Of a stretch of DNA of 64,000 nt, positions 14,687-26,340 are shown piece after piece. This stretch comes from Octopus sinensis. Its lineage: Eukaryota. The stretch covers positions 29,264,001-29,328,000 of the forward strand of contig NC_043006.1 of NCBI RefSeq assembly GCF_006345805.1, written 5' to 3'. The notes under the pieces are model-generated. The model was not told the origin of the DNA and did not search any database. It saw only the letters and a program-made list of their open reading frames with translations. Each line of letters begins with the position of its first letter. Positions within the stretch are counted from its first letter, which is position 1. The translations under genes and the position numbers were made by a program.

Positions 14687-15757
14687 TAAAACAGTAAGAT
14701 AACAAAAGAAAGAAAGAGACCTCAATATTATGTAAATAGAGGAAATTTATCTATAAAATAATGTTACATTACACGATAGTCGTGTAATGTAACATATTAT
14801 TTTATAGATATATATATATATATATATAAAAGAAATAATGGATAAATAAATAGATAATAATCTATTTATTTATCCACTATTACATGTGTTTCATTTGCTA
14901 ATAGTTGCACAATTTTACAGGTTAGACGTATAAGGAACTTCCTATTAGAAATTCTCAAGACAGAAGTTAAATTATTACTGTTATACAATAATATTTCCCT
15001 AATACTCAATTTTAATATGTATTTTGAACAAGCATACAGCAGCAAATGAGACTACATATTGGATTGTAATAATGGAATAACCAGATGTGCTTCAGGGGGA
15101 ATACAGCTGGGAGTACTAATAAATATGAAAACAAACAAATCACAGATCCCTTCAGGGAGATGGCCCTGCTCGATATGTAGAAAAAGAATTGGGAGAAACT
15201 TCATAAGGTGTACTCAGTGTAAGCTATGAGTACATAAGAGATACTCACTGGATGACTAACAAAGAAAATAGATTACCTCAAATGTTAGGGAGGATCCTTA
15301 GTAGTAAACCGTTTCTGTTACTCAGGTAACCAGGTGGTAATGATATACATTGTTCCAAAAGCATAGCTGTGAGAATAAAAATAAGCTGGGCAAATTTCAA
15401 AGAGCTACTACCTCTGTTAGTAACAAAGACCCTCTCCTGCCAAAACAGTCACAGAAGTCTAGTGCAGGCTTTGGCCTAACCAGCTCTTGTGGTACCATCC
15501 CACCCATGCTAGCATGGAACACGGACGTTAAATGATGATGATGATGATGATATGCATTTCTTTGACATGTTTCAGCCTTTTGACTGTGGCCATGCTGGAG
15601 CACTGCACTGAAGGGTTTTAGTTGAACAATTCGACCCCAGGACTTATTTTTTAAGCCTAGTACTTAATCTATGGGTTTGTCTTGCCAAACTGCTAAGTTA
15701 TGGAGACATAACCACACCAACACTGGTTGTTATTCAGTGATGGGGGGGGGACAAACA

Positions 15758-15794
<37 letters not shown>

Positions 15795-18700
15795 GTTGAT
15801 CAAAATGGAACTCATTTGCAAGTAGAGGAGTGCCTGTGTGTATTTAGACAATGAGTTTCTGTCTAGTTTCCATTTACCAAACTCTTCTCACAAGGCATTG
15901 TTCTAATGTAAAATTCAAATATTTTACTGCTGAATAGCCTTTCAGTATGCAATTGGTTTAATGTGAACTCAGATTAGTGTTTGTGATCCAGCTACATATC
16001 TAAAAGAACATGCTGCACTCTGAGAATTCTTTTAATTATATCTTTACATGTGAATCTATTTATAGAATATATATATATTTTTTAAAAAATTATTTTCTCT
16101 TAGAGCTGATGAAGTGCAAGCAATTGTCAGTGGGAAAATAGCTCTGAAATACACAGGCCCTAATATTGATGCTATGAAAAGTATAGCTCAAGCAAGCCAG
16201 AAGAGATCTTTAGCTGATTTCACTGAGGTGAGGTGCAGTTTTATATTATTTGTCTAATAAAGTCAAGGTTTTATGTTTCTTCTTAGCTGTACAAAAACTT
16301 ATTGTTTTCTATTTTGTTATTTAAAAAGATAATTCTTTATGTGTTTGATTGCCTTCATTACATTTTTCCTTTTAAGCAAATTGCCACAACTTAAGGTACC
16401 TTTGCTCTTATAGATATATAAATATAGAATATTTCTTTTTGAAAGGAATGAATATCAAGTCATGTTAATTAAATTGTTAACAAAATAATTCACATTGAAA
16501 GCATATTTTAATGATTAAAACTGAAGTTAAAGGATATTTTAGGCTGACAGTACAGGAAAATAATATTAGTGGATAAATTGTATCTGACTTTCTGAGAAGA
16601 GTGATAATCATTATTTCATTATTATACATAGAATTGTAGATAGACTAGCACTCTCATCTTGTGGAGGAAAAAGACACTCCAAACCTTGTCAAACAGTCAT
16701 TCATAGTGTCTACAACACTAAGAATCGGCACATACACTGGACTTTGATAACCTTTTCAGTAGACCTAGCATAGAATTGAAATATCCTATGGGAGCCTTTA
16801 GGAAGAGCATTACAAAAAAAAAAAAAAGCACAGTAAGTTAGTTTTAAAAACTTTGATTCAAGTGCAATGAGTAAATGACATCACAAGAATAACTAATTAG
16901 AGAATATCATGTATTGTACAAATAGTGGAATGAGAACAAGCTAACCTCATGAACTAATAAAGAGTTTGATTAAAAATTCCAAGAACCCCTTATTAAATGT
17001 GAGTGATCATGCAGGTATTTTACAAGAACCTGCTCTATCCCTGCTCTGTCATCCTCTAGTATCAAACTGCTCCAATCCTTCTGGGTTTGTAGTCTTGTCA
17101 GCTGCACGATGACTTCATCAGTGCTTGTGGCATGAAAAAAAAACACCCATTACACACTGTAATGTTGTTGGCATTAGAAAGGGCTTCCAGTTACTGAAGC
17201 TATGCTAATGCAGACATTGGAGCATGATGTAGTCCTTGGACCCATCAGATCCTATCAAACCATGCAGTCCATGCCAGTATGGAACATGAATGTTGATGAT
17301 GACTATTAGACAGGCACCTGAAGAAGGCTGGAGGCTACAGTAGCTCCAATGTAACTATAACAACCAAGATGAGGGCACTAATCTGAATATAGGAGTATAT
17401 TATTATTAGATAACAATAATTTTCATTGGAAAGTAACAAAACCCACTCCAGATGTTACACTCTGTTGGGTCACTTAAGTAGAATGCAGTCTGTTTGTAAT
17501 AGGATAAGACAAATAATAGCAATAAAAATCGTTGTGAGGTACCTTTCAAGTGATAATTAAGTAGTATAAGGTAGTAATTAGGTTCTAGAAGTTACAAAAC
17601 CCTTGGTAAATTCCAAAGAAGCTAATTCTTAGCTGAAATCCATATATGTGTAATGCTAAATAAAAGTGTGTAATTCTCATCAGTTTCCCATGCTTAGAAA
17701 ATTCCATAATACTGTTTCTACAGCATTATATAATACTGGTTACAGGTGCCACATGCATATAGCTAGCTGTACAAATCATTGAGAGATAAATAGGAATCTC
17801 TCTCACACACACACATGCAATATCCATAAAGTTAAGCTGATGGATTACTGATTGTGTGGCCCCAAGTTGAGATCTTACAGCCACTGATTTGGGTCACCTT
17901 AACCGTTTGCTCTAGTTTTCCTGCAGATGACAAAAACGAACAAGAAGCCTGCTTCTGTTTTTTGCTTGATTGGTCATCAATGAGAAAGATATTTACTTCT
18001 AAAAGAAAATAAACCATAGTAGCTTGCAAAAATGGATGTATAGCAGTAAACGTTCTTTGTAATTGTCAGGACTTCATTACTAAATAAATAATCTAATAGT
18101 CATTAGTGATATTTTAACAAGGTTGTAGGATGAGAAACTGTGGTGTTCTGAGAAATGTCAGGCTGCATGATAAGCAGCAAATGTTTTAATTTCTAATACC
18201 CACTAATCAAAATAATTAATTGGTTTATTATTTTAGGCAGTTATATTTTGTTTTGCTAATCTCTTAATATCTGTTCTATAATCCATTTAAGTATTGGTCT
18301 CTTTAAACTGCAGACTTTAAATCGCTACCAAGAAGAACTCTTTAAAGATCCCATTGTTCAAGTACATTTCCTAACTCTTTACGACAACCTGCTGGAGCAA
18401 AATCTTTGCCGAATTATTGAACCATTTTCCAGAGTTCAGGTATGTTGTCAATTTGTTTTTCTTTAGATTTGAATTTGTTATGGATGTTATCTTGAGGATC
18501 AGAGATTCGTCCTACTCTGTAACATCTTGAGCAAATCTCTTCTATAATCTCTTGTTGACCCAAGCTTTGTGAGTGAAATTAAGTTAACTGTCAGCTATGG
18601 AAGCCCATCAAGTCTACAAGTGTCTATGAAATATTCAGCTACTTTTACTATAATTCAGTGAATAGGTTCATTGGTCACACAGCTTCATTGTTGAAACCAG

Positions 18701-21700
18701 CAAAGGATCTGTTTATTTGTGTGTGTCTTGTAGAGCTGCACAGGATGCAGACATAACTGTGTAGTTTAAGAAGTTTGCTTTCAGTTTGATTCTGCTGTGC
18801 TGTTGTTTGTCTTTTACTATATCTTAGAGTCAACCAAAGCTTTGTAAGTGAAAATTTGGTAGATTGAAACTGTTGGAAACAGAATCCATTTTGTTGCAAG
18901 TATTTGGACAATGCATCCATTCTGGATAACTTCTTCCTATCAGTTTGGGAGGTACTGAAAAAAGACCATGGGCCTTCTTTCTCTAAGTTTCAATAATTTT
19001 CACTGTAGTTATATTTTAAATTAGCTTATAAAAATGTGGAGTAAAATGATAAAAGAATAAAATACCAAACACAAGTTGAGAGAATTGAAAGTTTCTTTTC
19101 ATTATCCAAGAATGAATTGGATTCATCTGTAGCAGATCTGATACTTATTTTATCAATCATCAAAAGAGCTAAAATTAATGGAATTTCATCTTTGTATTAC
19201 AAAGAATCAATTTAATTTAAGGTAAAGCCAGCTACTCTTTGTACCAAACTCCTACCATAATAAATATACATTTAGTTTAGTACACTCTCTTAACACTTCA
19301 GTTGATTTTTATATCAAACTGCTCTTGTAGATCTCTATGCTGTGGCTTTGTGCTTCTAAAAAGACCTATCTTTACTATATTAGTCTATTTCACATAAAGC
19401 CAAAAAGTAAACAAGAAGAGGTTTATAGCGTTTACTAATAAAAGATTTGGTTCCAATTATTTCCTACTAATTTTACCATAAATGAAATTTTTGTTTCGTT
19501 TTTGGATTTGAAGGCACTAAAAGAGAATGACTCTCCCCAGACACAACAGCAATTTTTGTTGATACTCTTGTATCTTTCTTGCTTGGACTGTGGCCATACT
19601 GGAGTACTGTCTTCAATGGGTCTTAGTAATTCATATTGATTCCAGACTAGTATAAAAACAGAGCAGTTTTATTAAAAACTAGTTTTGCATATTAATTTCC
19701 AATTACCTTAATTTATTTGAGAATGTATATTTTTACAATACTGAGAAGAGTGTAGTAAGAAAAAAAGATATAAAGGTAAACTATTGACTAAAAAAGAGGA
19801 TTGTTATTTGCTTGAAGCATTTTCTGAAATATAATAGAAGTATTAAATAACATATGTAGGGTGATACAAGATCTTGTCTGTCTCTTTATTGGCATCACCT
19901 GACATATTTTGCCTAACTTTTCACCTGCATTATTTAAAGATCTTAAAAAAATATAAAATGTCCATGTTTTTAATCCTGTAGATTTTACTATCCACTTTAA
20001 CTAATAGAAAAAGGCCATTTATATCCTTTAGTTGTACTGGTTACATAAGTAGAAGATAGTCGTTTACATGCCATCATCTCTCTATGATGGTTACATCATT
20101 TCATTTTCATTTTATTTATTTCTTTCAGATCAAGCGTATTGCAGAAATTATTAAATTATCACAGGTCAGTGTGTTTGTATATCATCATCATTATTTAACT
20201 TCTGCTTTTTATGCTGGTGTGGGTTGGATGGTTTGGCAGGAGCTGGCAAGTTAGAAGACGGCACTAACCTCTGCTATCTGCTTTGGCATGGTTTTTATGG
20301 CTGGATGCCCTTCCTAATACTGACCACTTTACAGTGTAGTGGGTGCTTTTTGCACGGCACCAGTAGCAGTGAAGTCACTCAGTAACTTACAAAACAAGAC
20401 CTCCTCATCTAAGGAGGTGGGGGTTGTATTGAGGGACAGATATAGGTGTCTTGCACATCTATATAAACAGCTGTTTTTGGGGGGCTCAGAATTACATAAT
20501 AGTTTTAATATTGGCAGATGGAGTATGCAAAAAGTAATGAATATGCAACCAGTAGTGGATAAATATAAACATTACTGTAAAGCAGGCTTCCATTTTCAGG
20601 GTGGAAAGATTGGTAACTATTAAGTAATTCTGAGCCCCCAGAAAACAGCTGTCGAATCTGAAGTACCATGCCCTCCTCCCTTAGTTTTCTGTATCTTTTT
20701 TACTCCATGTCAGTTTGTTCTGTAAATATATAAATCTCTGTATGTTTATACATGAATGTTCATCTTCTGGATATTTTCAGTTTCTCTCTCTCTACATATA
20801 TATTCTTGTATGTATTCACATGTAAGAGATGGTATCAAAAAGTTCCTGTACCAGTTACATTTAATTAAAAAAATAACTTATTTACCTAAGTTTTAACTTC
20901 ATCTCCTTTGAAATAGTCACCTTGAACAACAATACACCAGTCTTAGCATTCTTGCCAGTTTTGGAATCCAGCCTGGAAGGACCTTCTGCGATTCACTCTA
21001 GATCTTGACAAAGGTGTTAAAATGGCAGCCTTTGAGCTGCTCTTTCATCTTGGGGAAGAGACTGAAGTTTACAGGTGCTAAATCTGTCAAATAGGACAGG
21101 TGCAGAAGCAATACCATGTTGTTTTTGGTGAGAAAGTCCCTAGTGAGGTGATCTTGGTGACAAAGTGTATTGTCATCATGAAGCTGCTCCACAGATCCAA
21201 TTACTTTCGCTAAATGTCCTCACCACTCAGATGCTTCAAAAGGTTACAGTCTGGCCCTGGGGAACAAATTCTCAATGCACGATACCACATTTGTTGGGGT
21301 GATGCAGGTCTTCCAGATCTCTCATAATCTTCCACTTTTGAAGTGCCTGTGCTACTCGAAACATGGCACAGGACTCATTACTGTAAGCTTGCCAAAGCAT
21401 GCTTAATGTCACTGTAGCAGACTTTCTCAGTTTAACCCTTTAGCATTTAAACCAGCCATATCCGACCAAAAAGTATTCTGCCTGTTTTATGTTCAAACTA
21501 GCCATATTTGGTCTCTCAAACCAACCCTACAATATCATTTTAAAAATTAACAGCTACCTCATCAAAATCTCATAGCTACAAGATAATACATGATTAGTTC
21601 AAAGCAATGTGGATGAAAAAGCTTTAATTATGGCAGAATAATGCGAACACTAAAAGGTTAATGCGAAATTTCACATTGGCTCTTTGTTCTTGTCCATGAT

Positions 21701-24700
21701 AAAAATTGCAGGCTACAGCATACGCGTGATCACAAAAACACAATTCTCACAACTTGCGAAGTAAACACACCAGTGTCACTCAACACACTGCCTCATGAAG
21801 GCAACTGCTAGCTTTCACCGTGTATGCATCTGATGGTACGCGACAGAACTAGCCTGGGAACGTTTTGATACCACCTTGTCTCAGTGTGTGTAGTTCATAT
21901 ATCAAGCCCAAGCATGTTGTTTGTGTCATTATCTCCATATGTTTACACACACACACACACTTGTGTACTGTACATTAAGTTTGGCTTTAATTCTTTCTGC
22001 TACAGATTTGCTTGAATAAAGATGTAAATCTTTCATTTTTTTTTAGGTTTGAGGGTACCTTAAAATAGTTGAGATGAAGTACATATAAAAATATGAGAAA
22101 CTTTTTAAGAACTAAAATATAAATCTTAACTTATACTTGTCCATGTTTGAAGTACTTTTATATTCTCTTATTGTGAATTTAAAGATTTTCTTTTATTCTT
22201 GTAGAATGAAGTTGAGAAGAATCTGTCAAAGATGATCTTGGATCGAAAACTGCATGGTAACTGGTTTGCTATATGCCTTCTTTTACTTTCCATGTGCAAT
22301 AAGATTTATTTAAACCGGCCATATCCGGCCAGAAGTATTCTGCCTGTTTTATGTTCAAACTGGCCAGATCTGGTCTCTCACACCAGTCCTACAATATCTT
22401 TTTAAAAATTAACAGCTACCTCATCAAAATCTCATAGCTACAAGATAATGCATGATTAGTTCAAGACAACGTGGATAAAAAAGGATTAATTTTGGCAGAA
22501 TAAGGCGAACACTAAAGGGTTAAAAGAAGCCTGCAATCTAGAAATGCTTTCTTAGGTGGTAAATGTCTGTGATTCTGCAGAACTGGGAAGATATAGTATA
22601 TGTGTTAGACTTGTGGAATTGTTGCATAAAGCTAAAATATTGGCAATGAAAGCAGAAACAGCCACACTAATTGCAAAAGAACAAATTTCATCCCAGAATT
22701 ATATCATTAAAGTGAGTTGGGAACAGAGTCGGAGAGCAAAGTATAATCCCTAGAAATTAATACGAGAGGGACAAACATTACAGGATATTAGATATATTAT
22801 TAAGTTACTACTTCAAGTAATAATTGCATTGCTGCATCGTTTTATATTTAAAACCTATAATTTATCTAATTTTTGGTAGAGTTTATCAAACAGACAGACT
22901 AAGGGCCTAAAAGAATGATGATCCAGGCCTAAGATAGAGGAATTTAATGATGCATACCTCTGAGTAATGTCCATTATTATAAATGAGGAATGAGTAAGCA
23001 AGGCATAATTATGAATTGAGGTACTTTTATCAATATAGTGTATTAGGGTTTGCTATTGCTTAATCTGTCATTGTGCATTGAAGAAAACCAACTGCAAAAT
23101 GGTAGTTGGTAGTATGAAGACATAAATTGGCCAAAGATGATATGGAATATTATGATTACATTCAAACTTCAATCTTTTCATTACCAACCCACCTGTAGAT
23201 GCCCAAAAAATATTTTGCCTAATGTTACCAAACTGCCTGTGCCTGCCAGAATTGACCTATTCATATTTTAATGAGAATTTTAACATTTACTTGTATTTAC
23301 CTGTAATTGAATTTGTTTTGGGACAAAAATTATGAAATAGATTTGGTTAAGAACCTTTTGTTAAACTGTGTTCCAAAAATCACATGAATGCATTGATTGA
23401 TAAAAAAAGTTAACTGTTTCATGAAACTAATCTAAATTCATGATTATTTTAGAATTTAATTGATACGCATAAGGAATCATTTTGGTTAGAAATATTTGGT
23501 TACAAAAGGGTTAAATCAAATGTCATGAGTGGAATGATGTTGGATTGGGACAAACAGAGAAACATTGTTAATCATTAAGTCTGGCCAGTTTGTGTTGGTT
23601 AATGAAAGTACTGTTTCATAGTATAGTGTTATCCTGGATGATGTTGATAATGGTTCTGATTATGATGATAGCAATTGATATATCTAGTCAAGTCTTGAAT
23701 TAATTACTCTGAAAAGATACATTTAATTTTTGACACCAACCCACTTGAGAACAATTTTATTATATTGTACAAAACTCCTATTCTAGTCATATTCCAAAAA
23801 CCATTTTGGAGATTTAGCAAAATCTCTCCAAATTACTGATTATTTTCAAAATTAACTGAAATACATGGACTATGTATTTCATTAGAAAAATAATCATGAA
23901 ATGGTTTAAATTATGCCACCCTTTCATTTTGTAATCCAACATGTAAAGCATATTTAGCCAATCAATTTCAACAAAAATAAATACCAAATCTTACTTCACA
24001 TTACTTAGTAAATATCAAATCTTTGCAACCCTCAACATTTTATTTGATTGGAATGGAAAGGTCATTTTATTAATCATTAACTTAAACCTACTGAAATCTA
24101 TATGGACTTACTATATAATACACAGTTAGCAGTGACTAAGAAAACTAAAACAGAACACTTATTGTTCTACCAAACTAGCTTTGGCGTTGCCATCATGATT
24201 GCATCCTTCCAATAAGTTCTGAACCTTAAGTGAATTTGAAACCATTCTGCTGCTTCAATTCAAATTACAACTTCTGTTTTTTTGGTTATCATGTTGTGAT
24301 AGTTATTGATTAGCTGAGCCAACGATCTGGTATCAATATTCAGTTGTAGCTAATTCACTTCACCTTATACCACAAATGCTCTTGAGAAGATTCCAGTGAA
24401 TCTCTGAGCCAGCTTGTAGCCACTGAACATCACAGAATTTGGTTTCTTGTACTTATCATCATCGTTTAATGTCCGCTTTCCATGCGGGCATGGGTTGGAC
24501 ATGTAAAACAATATTTGACATGACCTAAAAACTACATGATGCACACATCATTCCACAAAATCTGTTGGACTTATGTGGAAGTAGTTTGAAATATATTATT
24601 TGCTAATAAAACTTCTTTTTGTTTGTTAATTACAGGAATTTTGGATCAAGGAGCAGGTGTTCTAATAGTTTTTGATGAGACCCCTGTGGATCAAACATAT

Positions 24701-24778
24701 GGTAATGCTCTGGAAACTATTCAAAATATGGGCAAAGTAGTTGATGCTCTTTACCACAAAGCAAAAAAACTCACATAA
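1043..24778 (+). CDS. PSMD11: 26S proteasome non-ATPase regulatory subunit 11 (Rpn6), complete 13-exon gene, 423 aa
   Basis: Exons 1043-1139, 4420-4518, 5875-5999, 7300-7371, 9555-9612, 10772-10883, 13027-13109, 13894-14038, 16104-16227, 18314-18439, 20129-20164, 22205-22256, 24636-24778. All introns are GT-AG with compatible phases; total 1272 nt, ATG to TAA. The translation contains Rpn6 hallmarks [55 protein letters not shown] and GILDQG...KAKKLT. Confidence 0.97.
1194..1211 (-). promoter_or_regulatory. antioxidant response element (CNC-sMaf site) in PSMD11 intron 1
   Basis: TGCTGACTCAC at 1201-1211 reads GTGAGTCAGCA on the minus strand, a full RTGAYnnnGC match, with an AT-rich flank (TAATTAT) on the Maf side. 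Confidence 0.65.
1739..1893. mobile_element. hAT (Charlie-like) MITE
   Basis: TIRs CAGTGGTTCCCAAC / GTTGGGAACCACCG; degenerate 8-bp flanks TTGTAAAC / ATGTACAT. Confidence 0.7.
2960..3400 (-). mobile_element. RTE-clade LINE reverse transcriptase fragment (PSMD11 intron 1, antisense)
   Basis: QFGFVPG...[17 protein letters not shown]...[10 protein letters not shown]. Confidence 0.88.
4420..4518 (+). CDS. PSMD11: PSMD11 exon 2
   Basis: cccAG acceptor, GTAAGT donor; [25 protein letters not shown]. Confidence 0.92.
5875..5999 (+). CDS. PSMD11: PSMD11 exon 3
   Basis: 125 nt; [27 protein letters not shown]. Confidence 0.97.
6085..7140 (-). mobile_element. cluster of SINE fragments and RTE 3' fragments
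   Basis: Reverse-complement SINE motifs (GAAGACACTTGCCCAAG; CTGGATGCCCTTCCTAATGCCAACC) and RTE C-terminal sequence at ~6360-6600 and ~6985-7130. Confidence 0.7.
7300..7371 (+). CDS. PSMD11: PSMD11 exon 4
   Basis: 72 nt; [24 protein letters not shown]. Confidence 0.97.
7625..8473 (-). mobile_element. Tc1/mariner-superfamily transposon remnant
   Basis: TIR-like CTTTCTGGGACACTCTG followed by TA at 8455-8473; minus-strand peptide [18 protein letters not shown] resembles the segment after the first catalytic Asp. Confidence 0.6.
9555..9612 (+). CDS. PSMD11: PSMD11 exon 5
   Basis: 58 nt; [19 protein letters not shown]. Confidence 0.96.
9960..10150 (-). mobile_element. SINE 3' portion with (CAT)n tail
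   Basis: (CAT)n-...CCATGCTGGCATGGGTTGGACGG...CTGGATGCCCTTCC. Confidence 0.8.
10772..10883 (+). CDS. PSMD11: PSMD11 exon 6
   Basis: 112 nt; [34 protein letters not shown]. Confidence 0.97.
11940..12175 (+). mobile_element. mariner transposase fragment
   Basis: Degenerate peptide [22 protein letters not shown]...[12 protein letters not shown]...GVVFHQDN. Confidence 0.82.
13027..13109 (+). CDS. PSMD11: PSMD11 exon 7
   Basis: 83 nt; [27 protein letters not shown]. Confidence 0.97.
13280..13690 (+). mobile_element. SINE with internal ~45-bp tandem units and (GAT)n tail
   Basis: Repeated GGCACGTAA...GCACC...GGCCGTTGCCAGC units, then GGCGTTAGGAAGGGCATCC...GGACGTTAAACGATGATGATG. Confidence 0.85.
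13894..14038 (+). CDS. PSMD11: PSMD11 exon 8
   Basis: 145 nt; [47 protein letters not shown]. Confidence 0.97.
14135..14330 (+). mobile_element. SINE (second family)
   Basis: GCCTTTCATCCTTTCGGGGTCGATTAAATAAGTACCAG core; related copies at ~50380-50520, ~55860-56020 (-), ~56820-57020 and ~44860-45200 (-). Confidence 0.8.
14639..14876. repeat. (TA)n tracts with two adjacent hairpin palindromes
   Basis: (TA)n at 14639-14683 and 14806-14828; palindromes at 14749-14809 and 14839-14876. Confidence 0.9.
15100..15430 (+). mobile_element. RTE LINE fragment
   Basis: Peptide [26 protein letters not shown], typical of the RTE post-RT region. Confidence 0.65.
15490..15760. mobile_element. SINE fragments (+ tail followed by - body)
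   Basis: CCCATGCTAGCATGGAACACGGACGTTAAATGATGATG, then reversed TTTGACTGTGGCCATGCTGGAGCACTG. Confidence 0.7.
16104..16227 (+). CDS. PSMD11: PSMD11 exon 9
   Basis: 124 nt; [16 protein letters not shown]...KRSLADFTE. Confidence 0.96.
18314..18439 (+). CDS. PSMD11: PSMD11 exon 10
   Basis: 126 nt; [31 protein letters not shown]. Confidence 0.97.
20129..20164 (+). CDS. PSMD11: PSMD11 exon 11 (36-nt mini-exon)
   Basis: tttcAG acceptor, GTCAGT donor; [12 protein letters not shown]. Confidence 0.92.
20185..20360 (-). mobile_element. SINE 3' portion
   Basis: (CAT)n and CTGGATGCCCTTCCTAATAC motif. Confidence 0.7.
20825..21878 (-). mobile_element. internally deleted mariner (D,D34D-type) element
   Basis: TIRs ATGGTATCAAAAAGTTCC / GGGAACGTTTTGATACCACC; peptide LHDDN...DFLTKNNM...[19 protein letters not shown]. 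Confidence 0.85.
21436..21657. mobile_element. piggyBac-like MITE nested in the mariner
   Basis: TTAA|CCCTTTAG...CTAAAAGG|TTAA; a left-truncated second copy lies at ~22309-22519. Confidence 0.8.
22205..22256 (+). CDS. PSMD11: PSMD11 exon 12
   Basis: 52 nt; [17 protein letters not shown]. Confidence 0.95.
22309..22519. mobile_element. piggyBac-like MITE, left-truncated copy
   Basis: High similarity to 21436-21657; ends CTAAAGGG|TTAA. Confidence 0.78.
24636..24778 (+). CDS. PSMD11: PSMD11 terminal coding exon 13
   Basis: 143 nt; [14 protein letters not shown]...KAKKLT, TAA at 24776-24778. Confidence 0.97.
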
Positions 24779-24943
24779 ACTTATTTTCAATTTTTAGTAT
24801 CTTTAAAATTTTTTTTTTTTTCAAAATATCCACTTCCATAACATGTAATTACCTTTTCATTTGTGTCTAGATTTTTGTGTAATGTTGCTTTTCCAAAATA
24901 TTCTATTGTTACAGTATTTAATTATGAAACAACAAAAATAGGC

Positions 24944-24949
24944 AAATAA
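24944..24949 (+). terminator. candidate polyadenylation signal of PSMD11
   Basis: First AATAAA seen after the stop codon (~165 nt downstream). Usage is not verifiable. Confidence 0.45.
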
Positions 24950-26159
24950 ACAAGAAATATTCAGCCTCCAGCCTGTTTCATATTTGTATATGTTTTTCTT
25001 GCTTTATTTCTGTCTGTTAAAAACTTAGTGTATTATTTTGATCATTCTGAATATTTTCATCTGCAAGACAGATGGGGACTACCAAGTTAAGGTGATGAAC
25101 AATGGCCTGTATAGGATCAGGGAAAGAAATTGTGTTAGGACTAGTAATATACCCATCAACATGATACAAAACTCTGTTCATCTTTATTTGCTTGGATGAG
25201 AAGTTTCAATTCTACTCAAGGATTGTACAGGTAATATAACTAAGGGCATGCAGCTGTAACCAGAATTGCTTCTATAAAAGCCTCCCACTCAGAATTAAAA
25301 CTGGAAAAGAAAAACATGAAGATTTAGAAGTAACTACTTTGGCTGAATGCTATTATTCTGTGTATCCAAAACTTTTAGGAAATCCTATAGGTTCATTTGC
25401 TTTGCTTAGTCTTGGTTAGTATAAGGAAAGTTATTTAGCTGTTCACTAAGAATATGGAAATGTCTAGCTACACAAGGTATTATCTGGACTTTGTCTTTCA
25501 TGTTCTGGTAATAATGCCATCTGATCATAAGTATGTGGATACAACATGAATCATATCATTTCAAAGTAACTTTTTAGCTCACTGCAATGAAGCATTTTTT
25601 GTTATGTAAGATGTGTGGAACCCAGAATCTGATTGATCTGACTATCCAGTGAGTATTTATTTCAAGGTTTTAACAATGAAGAGCTACTAGCAAATATAAA
25701 GGCAGGTTTTAAGAAGGCTGTTATTGTAATAGTATCAGTATGCTTAACAGGCATGTGGGCATTTTGCGTTTGATGTAAGAAGAATATCAATGTGTTGAGT
25801 GAGTGCTGCCTCTCTGCTAGGACATACTTGCAGTATGGAACTTTAGCACCACAGATATGGAAATATAAGATAGCAAACTGCCTTATCCTTTAGGTTTTGA
25901 AAAATCTCAACTGTGCCATCCAACAGGTCAGTGACTATTTACAAGTTACTTGTTAATGAATCTTTAATTAAAGAAAGTTAAAATGAATCCACAAATTCAT
26001 TGCTCTCTTCACTGATTGAAATACATTATATCAGTGGATGATGTGTACCCCTTGTGGAGGCAACCCAGAAATGCAATACTTGAGAATTGGTCTAGATTTG
26101 TCCTTGTTTTAAGAGATAATTTAAAGTAAACATTTGTAACATTAATTGGTTTTATACTG

Positions 26160-26340
26160 GCCATCATCATCATCATCATATTTGCTTTCCATGCTGACAT
26201 GGTTTGGATGATCTGACAGGATTTTATGGATTAGAAGACTGCATTTGGCTCCACTGTCTCAGTTTTGGCACAGTTTCTGTGGCTAAATGTCCTTTGTAAT
26301 GCTAACCAGTTGCACTGAGTGCTTTATCATAGCATCGACA
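26160..26340 (-). mobile_element. SINE 3' portion
   Basis: (CAT)n...TTTCCATGCTGACATGGTTTGGATG. Confidence 0.65.
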
